Origin: the human T2T-CHM13v2.0 reference genome, Homo sapiens | DNA length: 64,000 nucleotides | Strand: one strand, 5' to 3' | NCBI RefSeq assembly: GCF_009914755.1 | Contig: NC_060940.1 | In this document: piece by piece, positions 23,383 through 45,655 of the stretch | Layout of the letters: every line of letters begins with the position of its first letter | How positions within the stretch are numbered: position 1 is the stretch's first letter | Translations under genes and position numbers: made by a program | Notes under the pieces: model-generated | Told to the model about the DNA's origin: nothing | The model's database searches: none | The model's input: the letters and a program-made list of their open reading frames with translations, nothing else

Positions 23383-23661
23383 AGATATAAATGGGGCATA
23401 AATGAGTGCTTCATAAAATAAGGTTGCTGGAGAAATTAGAGAACAAATCTATTCTTTTTTAAGGTACAAAAATTGCTAAACAAAAAAATAATGAAGCCTG
23501 CTGAAGAAAAAATTTTTATTGTTTTCATTTTAAATATAATCTTTGAGTATACTTTCTTTACTCATGAATGAGATACTGAATTGAGTAGCTGAAGAAATAT
23601 TTTTATTTTTACCTCTTGGAAGAAACCATGTACCCTGCATATAAATTCTAACCACTCCTAA

Positions 23662-23790
<129 letters not shown>

Positions 23791-23960
23791 TAGCACCATA
23801 GGTGCATGCCACCATGCCTGGCTAATTGTTTTTAATTTTCTGGTAGAAACAGGAGTCTCTCCATGTTGCCTAGGCTGGTCTCAAACTCCTGGGCTCAAGA
23901 GATCCTCCCACCTTGGCCTCCCAAAGTGCTGCAAATACAGGTGTAAGCCCACTTATTTTA

Positions 23961-24257
<297 letters not shown>

Positions 24258-26067
24258 TCAAAAAAAAAAAAAAAAGAATCCCAAATACAATAATGAAAAA
24301 CTATAAAACAGGAAGGGGTAAGTATTCTGACTTCACACGAAAACATTCTTTTTATTTTTATTTTTTTGGAGACATTGTCTCATTCTGTCACCCAGGATGG
24401 AGGGTAGTGGCATCATCATGGTTCACTGCAAGCTTGATCTCTTGAGCTCAAGCAATCCTGCTTCAGCCTCCTGAGTAACTGGGACCACAGGCACTACCAG
24501 CCACCATGACCGGTTAATTTTATTTTTATTTTTTGTAGAGATGAGGTTTCAGTATGTTACTTGGGCTGATCTCAAATTCCTGAGCTCAAGTGATTCTTCC
24601 ACCTTGGCCTCCCAAAGTGCTGGGATTAAAAGTGTGCAGTGGCTCATGCCTGTAATCCCAGCACTCTGGGAGGCCAAGGTAGGAGGATTACTTGAGGCCA
24701 GGAGTTCAAGACCAGCCTGGACAGTAGAGAAAGACCTTGTCTCTCAAAAACAAAACCCATTCTAACAGCAATCATTTGGATTTGCTCCTTGTTCTCTGTT
24801 AAAACTAAAAGAATGAGTAAGACACAATTTTGGTTGTCTGAGGTATTTTGTTTGTTTTTGTTTAATTAGACCTAAGTTGCAATACATTTGATCTCTTTTT
24901 GAAAAACTGTTTATTATGAGTATGTGATGACTCATGACTGATGAATAAGACTGAAACAAGAAGGAAATGGACGAAAATTGATCTCATTAAAGTAGATAAA
25001 AGCTTTTTGTAGAACTCAGCCAACTAATGCCATCTCCTGCAGCTACTGCCTTGTCCAAATACTCTTTGTGGCACCGCACAGTCCATTTTATCCTCTAGCT
25101 TTGTAGGATGTCTTACTTTATGAAGTTCAATTTCAGAGTAAACTCTGTCAAGTGTGTTTTATGAAGACTAAATGTTGCTTGTAATAAGTCAACGGATAAT
25201 GTCTAATTTTTTTTAAAAAATCAAGAGAACAGCTTACACATTCTATTTAAAAATTAGGTAAATAAGAGTAAAGAGCTAAAACAGTTGAAATTGCAGAGAA
25301 CTAAGACTGACTGTAGTCCTTCATTATCAACCTGATAGCGCTCTGACTTAAAACTATGAAGATGCATTACTTGGTTTAAAGGGAGACGAAGAGATTAAAT
25401 CCATGTGCCTGCCAGAACACAGGCCTCCTTAGAGTATAGGAGTATGTTCTGAAGGCTGAATGCACACACAAAAAAAGCTATCTGATGTAGATATATTGAT
25501 TCTGTGGTTTTTTAAAATCTTCCCCAATACAATTAACATGCAGTATCATAAGTCATTCTGTGAAAACAAGATTTAGGATAAGGTTTTTGAAATAACTTTT
25601 TCTCCAAAATGACATGGTCTCACAAGGCATTTAAGTAATCTTTAACAAGATGAAAATAGGTAAATGTGTCCTGAGAATTCTGCATTTATGTCTGCATTTA
25701 TTAAGAGCCAGCTCTTATTGATCCATATGAATGGGTTGGAATCCTGAACAACAAGGTTCAGGTTTGCCCTAGGAATGCTGAGTTGCAATAACGTACACAA
25801 GCTGAGAAGTTAAATTCATAAGTTGTTTTTAAAACTCAACCCAGGAGTTCCAGGCTGTAGTGAGCTATGATCGCGCCACTGCACTCCAGCCTGGGAGACA
25901 CAGCAAGACCCTGTCTCTTAAAAATACAAACAACAACAACAAAAAAAACAGCCTGGGCAACATGGTGAGACCCCATCTCTACTAAAAACACAAAAATTAG
26001 CCAGGTGTGGTGGCATGCGCCTGTAGTCCCAGCTCCTGGGGTGGTGGAGGCTGAGACAGGAGGATCA

Positions 26068-26488
<421 letters not shown>

Positions 26489-26538
26489 TCAAGAGATCTT
26501 CATATGAAGACCTTAGCATGGCCACGCACAGTGGCTCA

Positions 26539-26886
<348 letters not shown>

Positions 26887-26919
26887 CTAAAGGCTATTTA
26901 TCAGGTATAAAAGATGCTA

Positions 26920-27054
<135 letters not shown>

Positions 27055-27254
27055 CTACAAAAAAAACTAAAAAAAAACCAAACAAAAAAACCAAGCCTGG
27101 TAGCATCTGCCTGTCGTCCCTGCTACTCAGGAGACCAAGATGGGAAGAGTGCTTGGGCCCAGGAGGTCAAGGCTGCAGTAAGCCATATTCACGCCATTAC
27201 ACTCCAGCATAGGAAACAGAGAGAGACCCTATTTCAAAAAGAAAAATTTTTTTT

Positions 27255-28265
27255 AAATTAACTCAAAATGGATCAAAGGCCTAAATGTAAGATCTAAAAC
27301 TACAATATACTGTGAAGCAAGCATAGGAGAAAAGCTTCATGACATTGAATTTGCAATAATTTATTGGCTATGACACTAAAAGCACAGACAACAAAAGAAA
27401 ATGATAAAGTAAACTACATCAAAGTTGAAGACGACCAAATCAATAGAGTGAAAAGGCAACCTATGAAAAGGAAGAAAATATTTGCAGGTCATCTATCTGA
27501 TGAGAGGTTAATATTCAGAATATATAATAAACTCTTACAACTCAACAACAAAATACAAACAGCCTGATTAATAAGTGGGCAAGGATCACCTGAGGTCAGG
27601 AATTTGAGACCAGCCTGACCAACATGGTGAAACTCCATCTCTACTAAAAATACAAAAAATTAGTGCACCGTTGCACTCCAGCCTGGGCAACAGAGCGAGA
27701 CTACGTCTCAAAAACAAACAAACAGAAAATAAGTGTTGGTGAGGATGTGAAGAAATTAGAACTCTCTGAACTGTTGGTGGGAATATAATATGATGCAGCT
27801 GCTGTGAAAAACAGTATGCCCTAACCTCAAAAACTTAAAAATAGAATTGCCATATGACCTAGTAATTCCACTACTGGGTATATACCAAAAAAAAGTGAAC
27901 ACAGGGTCTCAAAGAGATATTTGTATACCCACATTCACAGCAGCATTATTCACAAAAGCCAAAAGGTAGAAGCAATTCAAGTGTCCATTAACAGATGAAC
28001 AGATAAACAAAATGCAGTGTATACGTATAATGGAATGTTATTCACCTTTAAAAAGGAAGGAAATTCTGATACACATGCCGCAACATGGATGAACCTTCAA
28101 GACATTAAAAGTGAAATAAGCCAGACATAAAAGGACAAATATCACGATTCCACTTACATGGAATACCTAGAGTAGTCAAATTCACAGAGATAAAAAATAG
28201 AATGGTGGTTGCCAGGGACTCTGGAATGGGAAGTTGTTATTTAATGATTATGGAGATTCAATGTA
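27255..28265 (+). mobile_element. L1MA/MB ORF2 3' end and 3' UTR, with an internally deleted Alu at about 27583-27725
   Basis: AACTCAAAATGGATCAAAGGCCTAAATGTAAGA...ATAGAATTGCCATATGACCTAGTAATTCCACTACTGGGTATATACC...AGAATGGTGGTTGCCAGGG. Confidence 0.85.
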
Positions 28266-28428
28266 AGATTTAAAAAAAAAAAAAAAAAAGGCCAGGAGGT
28301 GCTTCATGCCTGTAATACCAGCACTTTGGGAGGCTGAGACTATCTAAAAGGGAGGACACTCCTGTTAACAAAGATCTTTCAAGATTAAGGAAACCCCAGC
28401 ACCTCGGGATGTTGAGGCAGGCAGATCA

Positions 28429-28644
<216 letters not shown>

Positions 28645-28922
28645 TCAAAAAAACAAAACAAAACAAAACAAAAACAAATTCAAAGTACAAATCATGTTCT
28701 GTGACACCACATTGGCTTGAACCCTCTCCTCCTTCCTCTCTTGCGTAGCATTTTACATGCACCCTCTTCCTCTCCAGCATTTCCAATCTCTCACCCTCTC
28801 TACTGGTTCCCTGTTTCTTTGCCTTTAAAACAGATTTTCCTAGATAGTAAGATTGGGGTGAAAAATATTTTAATAAATAAAAAAATAGATCTCCATAATC
28901 TGTTTTTTTGTTTGTTTTTTGA

Positions 28923-29081
<159 letters not shown>

Positions 29082-29559
29082 TAGTAGAGATGGGGTTTCA
29101 TCACGTTGGTCAGGCTGGTCTTGAACTCCTGACCTCAGGTGATCTGCCTGCCTCAACATCCCAAGGTGCTGGGATTTCCTTAATCCTGAAAGATCTTTGT
29201 TAACAGGAATGTCCTCCCTTTTAGATAGTCTCACCTTCTCTTCACTATCAAACTTTTCGGTCAAAATCTGGGTTCTGCCGGGCGTGGGGGCTCACGCCTG
29301 TAATCCCAGCACTTTGGGAGGCCAAGGCAGGCGGATCACGAGGTCAGGAGATCAAGACCATCCTGGCTAACACAGTGAAACCCTGTCTCTACTAAAAATA
29401 CAAAAATTAGCCGGGCGTGGTGGCGGGCGCCTATAGTCCCAGCTACTTGGGAGGCTGAGGCAGGAGAATGGTGTGAACCCGGGAGGTGGAGCTTGACAGT
29501 GAGCCGAGATCGCGCCACTGCACTCCAGCCTGGGTGACAAGAGTGAGACTCCTTCTCAA

Positions 29560-29614
29560 AAAAATAAATAAAATAAAATAAAATAAAATAAAATAAAATA
29601 AAATAAAATAAAAA
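29560..29614. repeat. (AAAAT)n Alu-tail microsatellite
   Basis: Directly visible. Confidence 0.9.
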
Positions 29615-31259
29615 TCTGGGTTCTATAGAAGGTATTCTATCTCTTTTACCAGAAACCATGCTCTTTTCTCAGTCATTAACTTTAGCTGTGCTACTCTAGT
29701 TACCCAAGGGTTTACTACCTTTTAAATTTCTCTTTTCTTGACTCTCACAACTAAAATTTCCCTTTCCTTGGCTTCCACAACTAAACTCCTGTAAATCTTC
29801 TTGTAACTCCCAACCACTCCTCCTGTTACCTATAATTCCCTCCACAAGCCTCTTTCCAACCCTTCATCGCAAGCTGTCCCCAGGGCTCAGTCCTTGGAAT
29901 CATAGTCTTCTATTTACACATTCTTTAAGAGGGCTTGGCCATTTTCATAGCCCCAACTATAGCCTTATAAGCAGGATGACTCTAAAATTTAGACTCAGTT
30001 CAAGAGTTAGTTCCAAGTTTATATCCTCTTACTGGAAACTGCCTGAAATGCCTAGCTGTCATTTCAAATTCAGCACAAATTACATATTTTTGGAGGTAGT
30101 GTAACAGTTAAACTTTGACTTTTTTGGGGGGTTGGGCGCAGAGTTTCGCTCTTGTCCCCCAAGCTGGAGTGCAATAGCGTGATCTTGGCTCACTGCAACC
30201 TCCATCTCCCGGGTTCAAGCAATTCTCATGCCTCAACTCCCTAGTAGCTGGGATTACAGGCGCACGCCACCACACCTGGCTAATTATGACATTTTTAGCA
30301 GAGGCAGGGTTTCACCATGTTGGCCAGGCTGGTCTTGAACTCCTGACCTCAAGTGATCCACCGGCCTCAGCCTCCCAAAGTGCTGGGATTACAGGAGTAA
30401 GCCACGGCACCCAGCCTAAACTTTGACTTCTCTTCACTTGGTTAAATTCTATCATTCCTTCAGCTCAATCATCATCTTCTCAGGGAGACATATCCAGACT
30501 CCAATTAGCCAATGTCCAAGCATCTCTCTTTCAAAGCTCTCACCATGGCTACGTCCTCCACTCGACCATGTCTTTTAGAAGGGGGAGCTGAGGGTATCAT
30601 CATCACCACATTCCCAGCACCTACAATTAAGGTGCTGGCACACAGTAAATAATATTTACCCAAAATTTGTCAAACGAATGAACAAAAGCACTGTAAATTT
30701 TTCCTAGGTAAGAAGTCCCCATCAATCCCACTTCTATCTCCTTTGCTACTAGTCTCCTTTGGCCCAAGTCTGTTTTGAGGTCTCATTGTAACAGCAGCTT
30801 TCTCAGCGCCTTCAATTTTCCTCACTTCAATTCATAGTGCCCCGAGTAATTTCCTTAACTATTTCATCATGACATTCTCCTACCCAAGAATGTTTATAGA
30901 CCTCCTAGTTCCCCCGAAAACAAAACTAAGTTAATATAGACATTTCAATAGACAGCCAGCTTTGACAAGAACAGTAATGCCAGCTGCTCAGGACCCTTCC
31001 CACTAGCCATGCACGGCTTCGAAAAACATTGACTGTTTTCTTTGACTCTCCTTTATTCTCCTTGCAGACAATAATATGAACTTGGAAATGTTACTATTAA
31101 TTGCATCATAAATGCCTAACATTAATTAACGAAGTTTTGTTAGCAATACATTTATAAACCATCTCTTAGGGTATCTTTCTTACAAAGCATGATTAATATT
31201 ATTTATAACACTCTTACCAATTAGTTTCAGTTTCACTTTAGAAACCTATCCTTAAATCC

Positions 31260-31808
<549 letters not shown>

Positions 31809-31939
31809 TTTTAAAACCCTATCTTTAAATCGCAGATTCAAAAACTCTAAGTAAAATTGACCAGGCACAGTGACTCATGTCTGTAATCCCAGCACTGTGG
31901 AAGGCCAAGGCAGGCAGATCACCTGAGCTCAGGAGTTCA

Positions 31940-32173
<234 letters not shown>

Positions 32174-33168
32174 TCACGCCTATAATCCCAGCACTTTGGG
32201 AAGCTGAGATGGGCGGATCATGAGGTCATGAGATTGAGACCATCCTGGCTAACAGGGTGAAACCTCGTCTGTACTAAAACTACAAAAAAAATTAGCCGGG
32301 CATGGTAGTGTGCGCCTGTAGTCCCAGCTACTCAGGAGGCTGAGGCAGGAGAATGGCGTGAACTCAGGAGGCAGAGCTTGCAGTGAGCCAAGATCACGCT
32401 ACTGTACTCCAGCCTGGGTGACAGAGCCTGAGACTCCGTCTCAAAAAAAAAAAAAAAAAAGGCCTCTAAGTAAAATTATGACAAATAAAGTTTAGTTATC
32501 TAAAGTAAGATTTGGCCGGATGAGGTGGCTCATGCCTGTAATCTCAACACTTTGGGAGGCCAAGGTGGGTAGACCACTTGAGGTCAGGAGTTCAAGACCA
32601 GCCTGGCCATTATGATAAAACCCTGTTCCTACTGAAAATACAAAAATTAGCCAGGTGTAGTGGCGGGTGCCTGTAATCCCAGCTACTTGGGGGGCCGAAG
32701 CAGGAGAACTGCTTGAACTCGGGAGGCAAAGGCTGTAGTGAGCCGAGATCACACCACTGCACTCTAGCCTGGACAACAGAGCAAGACTCTGTATCGGAAA
32801 AAAAAAAAAAAAACAAGAACAGGTGGTAAACAGGGTGAATCCTATGGTAAGTGAATTTCATCTCAATGAGTTAGAAAGAGCTGATAAGGAAAAAAACAAA
32901 AACAAAAACAAAGGCAAGGCCCTAGGAAACGAATGGAACCACAAGATAAAAGGAACCTGGGTCTCTGGATCACCAGATGACTGCATCACAGTCCCCCACA
33001 ACTTCTCTTGTGTTCAACCACTGATATTTTTGGGTTTTTTATGGAAGTTAGTTTTGTCCTAATTAGCACATGAACTGAAAGGAAATCTTTTATCTTGTAC
33101 ACTGGTAAAGGGCTTATTATTAGCTCAACTCAATTACAAGACAAGTTGACCACCTTGACACACAATGA

Positions 33169-33426
<258 letters not shown>

Positions 33427-33779
33427 TAATTCTAATTTTTTTTTTTTTGAAATGTAGTCTCGCTATTGTTGCCCAGGCTAGAGTGCAGTGGCGTGATCTC
33501 AGCTAACTGCAACCTCCACTTCCTGGGTTCAAGCAATTCTGCCTCAGCCTACCAAGTAGCTGGGATTACAGCCTCCCACCACCACACCCTGCTAATTTTT
33601 GTATTATCAGTAGAGATGGGGTTTCACCATGTTCGTCAGTCTGGTCTCAACTCCTGACCTCAGGTGATCTGCCTGCCTCAGCCTACCAAAGTGCTGAGAT
33701 TATAGGCGTGAGCCACCGCACCTGGCCTCATTAATCTCTCTTTCTAACAAATTCTCCCCATTCCTTCCCACATTTAATA

Positions 33780-35000
<1,221 letters not shown>

Positions 35001-35671
35001 AATGGTAGGGGCATAAAAATATAAAAAAAATAGCATGAAAATATGTTATCTATGTAAATGTGAAAAATAACAGAGAAGCAATGTGGTAACATGGAAAGAC
35101 AGAGGCTTTGAATTTTAAAAGATTTGAATTTAAGCTTTTTGGATTTGAATTTAAGCTCTGTTTCTTTCTTTCTTTTTTTTTGAGACAGGGTCTCACTCTG
35201 ATGTCCAGGTTACCCATTCTGTTGCCACTGCAGCCTCGACTTCCCAGGCTCAGGTGATGCTCCCACCTCAGCCTCACAAGTAGCCAGGACTACAGGCTCT
35301 CACCACCACACTGACTAATTTTTGTATGTTTTGTAGAGATGAGGTTTCGCCATGTTGCCCAGGCTGATCTCAAACTCCTAGGCTCAGGAAATCCACCCGC
35401 CTTAGCCTCCCAAAGTGCTCGGATTACAGACATGAGCCACCACACTTGGCCTGTTCTTAATATTATGTGACTTGGGCAAATAAAAATCTATCTGATTCGT
35501 GGTTTTTCACCTGTAAAATAAGTCTGATATCTGTCATATCTACCACACATGGTTATCAAGAGCTACAAATAAGATTAAAAGGGTTCCATAAACTGAAAGC
35601 TAAATAGCAACTTGACTAAGAATAATCAAATAGGGAAAAGGTTGTTAGACCAATATCCTTTTTTTTTTTTA

Positions 35672-36013
<342 letters not shown>

Positions 36014-36388
36014 TTAAACCATATGAAAATGTTTTTATAAGTCAAATATGATGAAATATTGGTAATTTCTTATAGTTCATTCAATCTAACAAAAATGAAG
36101 GAAGAAAACAATGCCTAAAGCAGACCTAGCTGGCAGGGGAAGAGAAGCAGCGGGCTGTGCTGAGGGAAGGGCACTGGGAAATATTTTGGTGCAGCAAATT
36201 CCCAAACCACTGATATAAAATATTTTCCCAAAAATAACACTTACATATAAGCCCTGTAAACTCTGAAGCTGTAACTCTGTACTCTCCAAAAGCCCACACC
36301 ACTACACTATTTATTTGCGGGTGTGGGGCAGCAAGATGTGTATGGAGCCAGTGCGAAGCAGAGGCAAGCAGGCTGAGAATCTGGGCTA

Positions 36389-36667
<279 letters not shown>

Positions 36668-37423
36668 TCATAAATAAATAAATAAATAATAAAAATATAC
36701 CGATAGTACAAATTCTTGAAACTTCACTTTTGTTGTTGTTGTTGTTTTTTTGAGATGGAGTCTAGCTCTGTAGCCCAGGCTGGATGGAGTGCAGTGACAC
36801 GATCTCTGCAAGCTCCGCCTCCAGGGTTCATGCCATTCTCCTGCCTCAGCCTTCCAAGTAGTAGGGACTACAGGCGCACGCCACCACACCCACCTAAGTT
36901 TTTTGTATTTTTTAGTAGAGACAGGATTTCACCATGTTAGCCAGGATGGTCTTGATCTCCTGATCTCGTGATCCGCCCACCTCGGCCTCCCAAAATACTG
37001 GGATTACAAGCGTGAGCCACCGTGCCTAGCCGATAATTTTTCTTTTTTTACCATTATAAGAAGTTTCAGGCCAGGTGCCATGGCTCACGCCTGTAATCCC
37101 AGCACTCTGGGAGGCCGAAGCAGGCGGATCACCTGAAGTCAGGAGTTCGAGACCAGCCTGACCAACATGGAGAAACCCCGTCTCTACTAAAAATACAAAA
37201 AAAAATAGCCAGGCGTAGTGGCGGGCGCCTGTAGTCCCAGCTACTCAGAAGGCTGAGGCAGGAGAATGGCGTGAATCCAGGAGGCGGAGCTTCCAGTGAG
37301 CCGAGATTACACCACTGCACTCCAGCCTGGGCAACTGAGTGAGACTCCGTCTCCAAAAAAAAAAAAAAAAAAAGAAATTAGCCGGGCGTGGTGACACCAC
37401 ATGCTTGTAATCCCAGCTACTCA

Positions 37424-37564
<141 letters not shown>

Positions 37565-37719
37565 TCACCACCACCAGACACACTAAAAGCTGCTATCAAT
37601 ACACATAAGTCAGGTTCTAACAAACCTACCAAACTCAGAGTTTTAAAATGAAATTGTGTCAAAGGAGGGCCTTTCTTGTTAAAAAAAAAAAAAATTAAAA
37701 TATAAAAATATGAAAATGA

Positions 37720-37860
<141 letters not shown>

Positions 37861-38173
37861 TGAGACCAGCCTAGCCAACACGGTGAAACCCCGTCTCTAC
37901 TAAAAATACAAAAATTAGCTGGGTGTCTTGGCATGCACCTGTAGTCCCAGCTACTCAGGAGGCTGACGCAGAAGAATCACTTGAACCCGGGAGGCGGAGG
38001 CTGCCGTGAGCCAACATCGTGCCACTGCACTCCAGCCTGGGTGACAAAGCAAGACTCCATCTCAAAAAAAAAAAATAAAGGCCTGGCACGGTGGCTCACG
38101 CCTGTAATCCCAGCACTTTGGGAGGCTGAGGCAGGTGGATCACAAGGTCAGGAGATCGAAACCATCCTGGCTA

Positions 38174-38416
<243 letters not shown>

Positions 38417-38891
38417 CTAAGTTTAGTATTTATATCTTAGTATCACAGACTGTTTCACAGGCCAGAGAAATGTTCCAACCTGGGAAATATGAGAGCAAAA
38501 GGCCTTACATATTATTTTCCCTCTGAAAAGTCACCATCTTTCAGAAAAATTTCAGTAATTTTTGAATTTATCTGGTTTTATACAGGGAAAAAAAGCAGTC
38601 TTCTGAACTATTCTTTTTCCCCTTATACGTGGGAGCAGAGTTTTCCTTTGATAGGCAGTATTCCAAATTTGGCAGAACATAATTCCTTTACCCAGAGGAT
38701 TTACCCCTTCATAGTGTACACATTTAAATACCATGCATATATGTATGTATGTAGAGTTGGGCTCTCACCGTATTGCCAAACTGGTCTCAAACCTCTGGCT
38801 TATGCAATCTGCCACCTTGGCCGCCTAAAGTGCTGGGCCGTGGGCCACTGTGCCTGGCCTTCTGTAATTTATTCACTGATTGATTGATTGA

Positions 38892-38999
<108 letters not shown>

Positions 39000-39560
39000 T
39001 GAGTAGCTGGGATTATAGGCACATGCCACCACACCTTGCTGATTTTTGTATTTTTAGTAGAGACAGGGTTTCCCCCATGTTGCCCAGGCTGTTCTTGAAT
39101 TCCTGACATCAGGTGATCCACCCGCCTTGGCCTCCCCAAGTGCTGAGAGCCACTGCACCCGGACTGTTTATATAAATGTTCTTGACCTTATTCCAAAGCT
39201 TTATGGAAGAAGCTCTGGAAGGATTATATAAAGGGTGTGAAGCATTCCAGTTTATTTCACACTTCTCTTAAGGCAGCGAACAAAAAGCATTATCTCGAAT
39301 GATCTCACCTATAACAACAAAGGGGAAAGGGAAGACCATTTATAAATAAGAAAACTGGAGGTCTGAGAGATTAATTTGCCCAACATCATAATAACTGGTA
39401 AGTGAGCTAGGGTTTGAATCCAGGACTGCAGCTCCAAAGCCCATTCTATTTTTCCATTTACCACAATGCTTTTCCTCTCATCACAAGCTTCACATGACTA
39501 TAGGACCTTCTCTCTTCTTATTTTATTTCATATATAATAGGTGTGTCCTCAGCAAATGGC

Positions 39561-39951
39561 TGCTATCGTTTGAATATGTCCCCCAAAGTTCATGTGTTGG
39601 AAACTTAATCCCCAATACAAGTGTTGAGAGATGGGACCTTTAAGAGCTCACTAGGTCATGAGAGCACTGGTCTCATGAATGGATTAATGCCCTTATCTCC
39701 GTGATCCTGGGAGTGGGGTTCTGATAAAAGGATGAGTTCTGCACATTCCTTGTGCAAGCCCGCCCTCCCTCTTGCATTCTCTTGCCCTTCCACATTCTGC
39801 CATGGGATGATGCAGCAAGCTGGCCCTCACCAGATATGGCCTCTCAATCTTGGACTTCCCAACCTCCAGAACCATGAGCCAAATAAATATTCCTTTATAT
39901 ATTACCCAGTCTTGGGTATTCTGTTATAGCAACACAAAATGGACTCAGACA
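39561..39951 (+). mobile_element. MST-family (MaLR) solo LTR
   Basis: TGCTATCGTTTGAATATGTCCCCCAAAGTTCATGTGTTGGAAACTTAATCCCCAAT...TTCTGTTATAGCAACACAAAATGGACTCAGACA with perfect 5-bp TSD ATGGC (39556-39560, 39952-39956). Confidence 0.9.
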
Positions 39952-40141
39952 ATGGCACTAATTAACAGATGGCATTACGTTTGTCAATGATTAAAATTCT
40001 CCATTACACCCCTTTCTGCATCGTTGAAGTTACTGTCCACTTCATGCTATTTATCACATTACAGAGCTGATATGGCCAGTGCAAGAATTTTGAGAGTTCT
40101 GTTAAATGACTTGCAGGGCAGTCTTTATAGTTTACACCTAA

Positions 40142-40291
<150 letters not shown>

Positions 40292-41814
40292 TGAGTAGCT
40301 GGGATTACAGGCATGTGTGACCATGCCTGGCTAATTTTTGTATTTTTAGTAGAGACAGGGTTTCACCACGTTGGCCAGGCTGGTCTCAAACTCCTGACCT
40401 CAGGTGATCTGCCCGCCTCGGCCTCGCAAAGTGCTGGGATTACAGGTGTGAGCCACCACACCTGGCCAGGTACCAGAGCATTTTTAACATAATTTCTTTT
40501 GCTGTCATTTGTTTAAAACTTGTATTTCAATTGATGTAGAACTTACATTCCTATTCTCCTGGTTAATTTTACTCATCTACCATTTCACTTCATTGTTTAT
40601 CATTCTTATGATTTTAAATAAGTATAACATTTTTATTTTTTTGTTGTTGTCATTTTTTTGAGACAGAGTCTCACTGTTGCCCAGGCTAGAGTGCAATGGC
40701 ACGATCTTGGCTCACTGCAACCTCCGCCTCCCAGGTTCAAGCAATTCTCCTGCCTCACCCTCCTGAGTAGCTGGGGTTACAGGCATGCGCCACCATGTCT
40801 GGCTAATTTTTTTATTGGTAGGAGAGACGGGATTTCGACATGTTAGCTAGGCTGGTCTCGAACCCCTGACCTCAGGTGATCTGCCCACCTCAGCCTCCCA
40901 AAGTGCTAGGATTACAGGTGTGAGCCACTGCGCCCAGCCTATCACATTTATTTTTTAAAGAAACACAAAATTATTTTAAGAATTTGTTTTATTTTACAAG
41001 TGTATAGATCCAGGATTCAAGTCAGCACCCATTTTTAATATGATTCACCCTATCAAGAATTATAGGTGTTATTCAAGCCTTTAATAGGAAAATGTACAGG
41101 TCCTGTAAATATCACACATTCAGTCAAACAAAACTTTCTGATTTCAGTAAAATTATTAAAGCTGAATGACTACAGATGCCTGGTTCTCTTAAGTCATTGT
41201 TTTTAGATTCCAGTCCACACTCCTTGTTCCTTCACACTCTATTTTAATGCAGATACAAAGGGTAGTACTGGCACAGTTCTGAGGACCATCACTTAGGATC
41301 TTTTCTTAAGTTTCAAATCTATCTAAGGCAACCAAAATAAGATGAGTCACTAACTGACCTCCAGTTTTATCAGAGTATTGTTCTCAAGTGGAAGGAGCTA
41401 AAGCACCCCTTACAACTCATAAATTAGGCATTCGGAAGATGAAATCTACTCATGAACAAGATTAGGAGGCTTTTGTTTTGTTTTGTTTTTGAGACAGACT
41501 CTCACTCTGTTGCCCAGGCTGGAGGGCAGTGGCACGATCTCAAAATGTGTACACTTTGAAGGGGTAAATCCTCTGGGTAAAGGAATTAAGTTCTGCCAAA
41601 TTTGGAATACTGCCTATCAAATCAAACCATGTTGATTTAAGGCCGGCGCGGTGGCTCACGCCTGTAATCCCAACACTTTGGGAGGCAGAGGTGGGCAGAT
41701 CACGAGGTCAGGAGATCAAGACCATCCTGGCTAACACAGTGAAACCTCGTCTCTACTAAAAATACAAAAAATTAGCTCGGCGTGGTGGCAGACGCCTGTA
41801 GTCCCAGCTACTCA

Positions 41815-41943
<129 letters not shown>

Positions 41944-42082
41944 TTAACATGAACCACCAATTTAAGAAGAATTAAAAGTACTGAAGGGCTCTGGGTGTGG
42001 TGGCTCACGCCTGTAATCCCAGCACTTTGGGAGGCCGAGGCAGGCAGATCACAAGGTCAGGAGATCGAGACCATCCTGGCTA

Positions 42083-42346
<264 letters not shown>

Positions 42347-42419
42347 TTATTCTTCTCTTATGACACTTATTACTTTAAAACTTGTATTATGGTTTTCAGT
42401 AAAGATATCTTTTTCTTCT

Positions 42420-43420
<1,001 letters not shown>

Positions 43421-43962
43421 AGGTTACTTATGCTTTAGGGACAGGGGGGAAAATGAGCTATCACACAGCTGGACTGACTTGTTTTCAAATCTTGATTCCA
43501 CTACTTACAAGCCCTGAGGCAAGCTATTTAGAATCAGTTTTCTCACTAAAAATAATAGGATGTAATAGGCTGGGTACAGTGGCACATGCCTATAATTCCA
43601 GCACTCTGGGAGGCCAAGGCAGGAGGACTGCTTGAACTCAGGAGTTGGAGACCAGCCTGGACAACAGAGTGAGACCTCATCTCTACAAAAAAAAACAACT
43701 TTTAAAATTAACCGAGTATGGTTACTACTAAGGAGGAGATACTCAGGAGGCTGAGGTGGGATGATCACTCGTGCTCGGGAGGCAGAGGCTGCAGTGAATC
43801 ATGATCATGCCACTGCACTGCAGCCTGGGCAAGAGAGTGAGACCTCGTCTCAAACAAACAAAAAAAAAACCCAAAACAAAACTCACCAGGCACAGTGGCT
43901 CACGCCTGTAATCCCAGCACTTTGGGAGGCCGAGGCGGGAGGATCACCAGGTCAAGAGATCA

Positions 43963-44229
<267 letters not shown>

Positions 44230-44250
44230 TCACCTGAGGTCAGGAGTTCA

Positions 44251-44631
<381 letters not shown>

Positions 44632-44642
44632 CTAGCTACTCA

Positions 44643-44759
<117 letters not shown>

Positions 44760-45051
44760 TCAAACAAACAAAATCAATAAGAATGATAATAATAAAACAT
44801 CTCTCATAAGATTAAATGAGATAACGCCTAGAAAGCATCCAGTCCCTCAGAACAGGGCACACAGAAAACCCTCAGTAAATGCTAACCATTATAAGTAGCA
44901 GTAGTATACTTGAACACTGAGCAGTGTCTTGCACACAGGTTTCAATAAATGTTTGCTGAAAGAAGAAAAATTGGTCGGGCGCGGTGGCTCACGCCTGTAA
45001 TCCCAGCACTTTGGGAGGCCAAGGCGGGCGGATCACGAGGTCAAGAGATCA

Positions 45052-45288
<237 letters not shown>

Positions 45289-45439
45289 TTACATGATAGC
45301 CTATAAGCCATTTTAACTGCTGCTTTTAAAAATATATAAATAAGGCCGGGCGCGGTGGCTCACGTCTGTAATCCCAACACTTTGGGAGACTGAGGTGGGT
45401 GGATTGCCTGAGGTCAGGAGTTTGAGACCACCCTGGTCA

Positions 45440-45655
<216 letters not shown>

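Noticed and set aside
26505-26525. TTAGCATGGCC resembling U6 snRNA
   Set aside because: Only 11 nt and overlapping the start of an Alu; no other U6 sequence.
38619-38725. Triplicated 107-mer as a possible H/ACA snoRNA (AGAACA; terminal ACATTT)
   Set aside because: It would be antisense to the host gene, I see no convincing two-hairpin fold, and the H-box-like motif is altered in the copies. Unsupported without a covariance-model hit.
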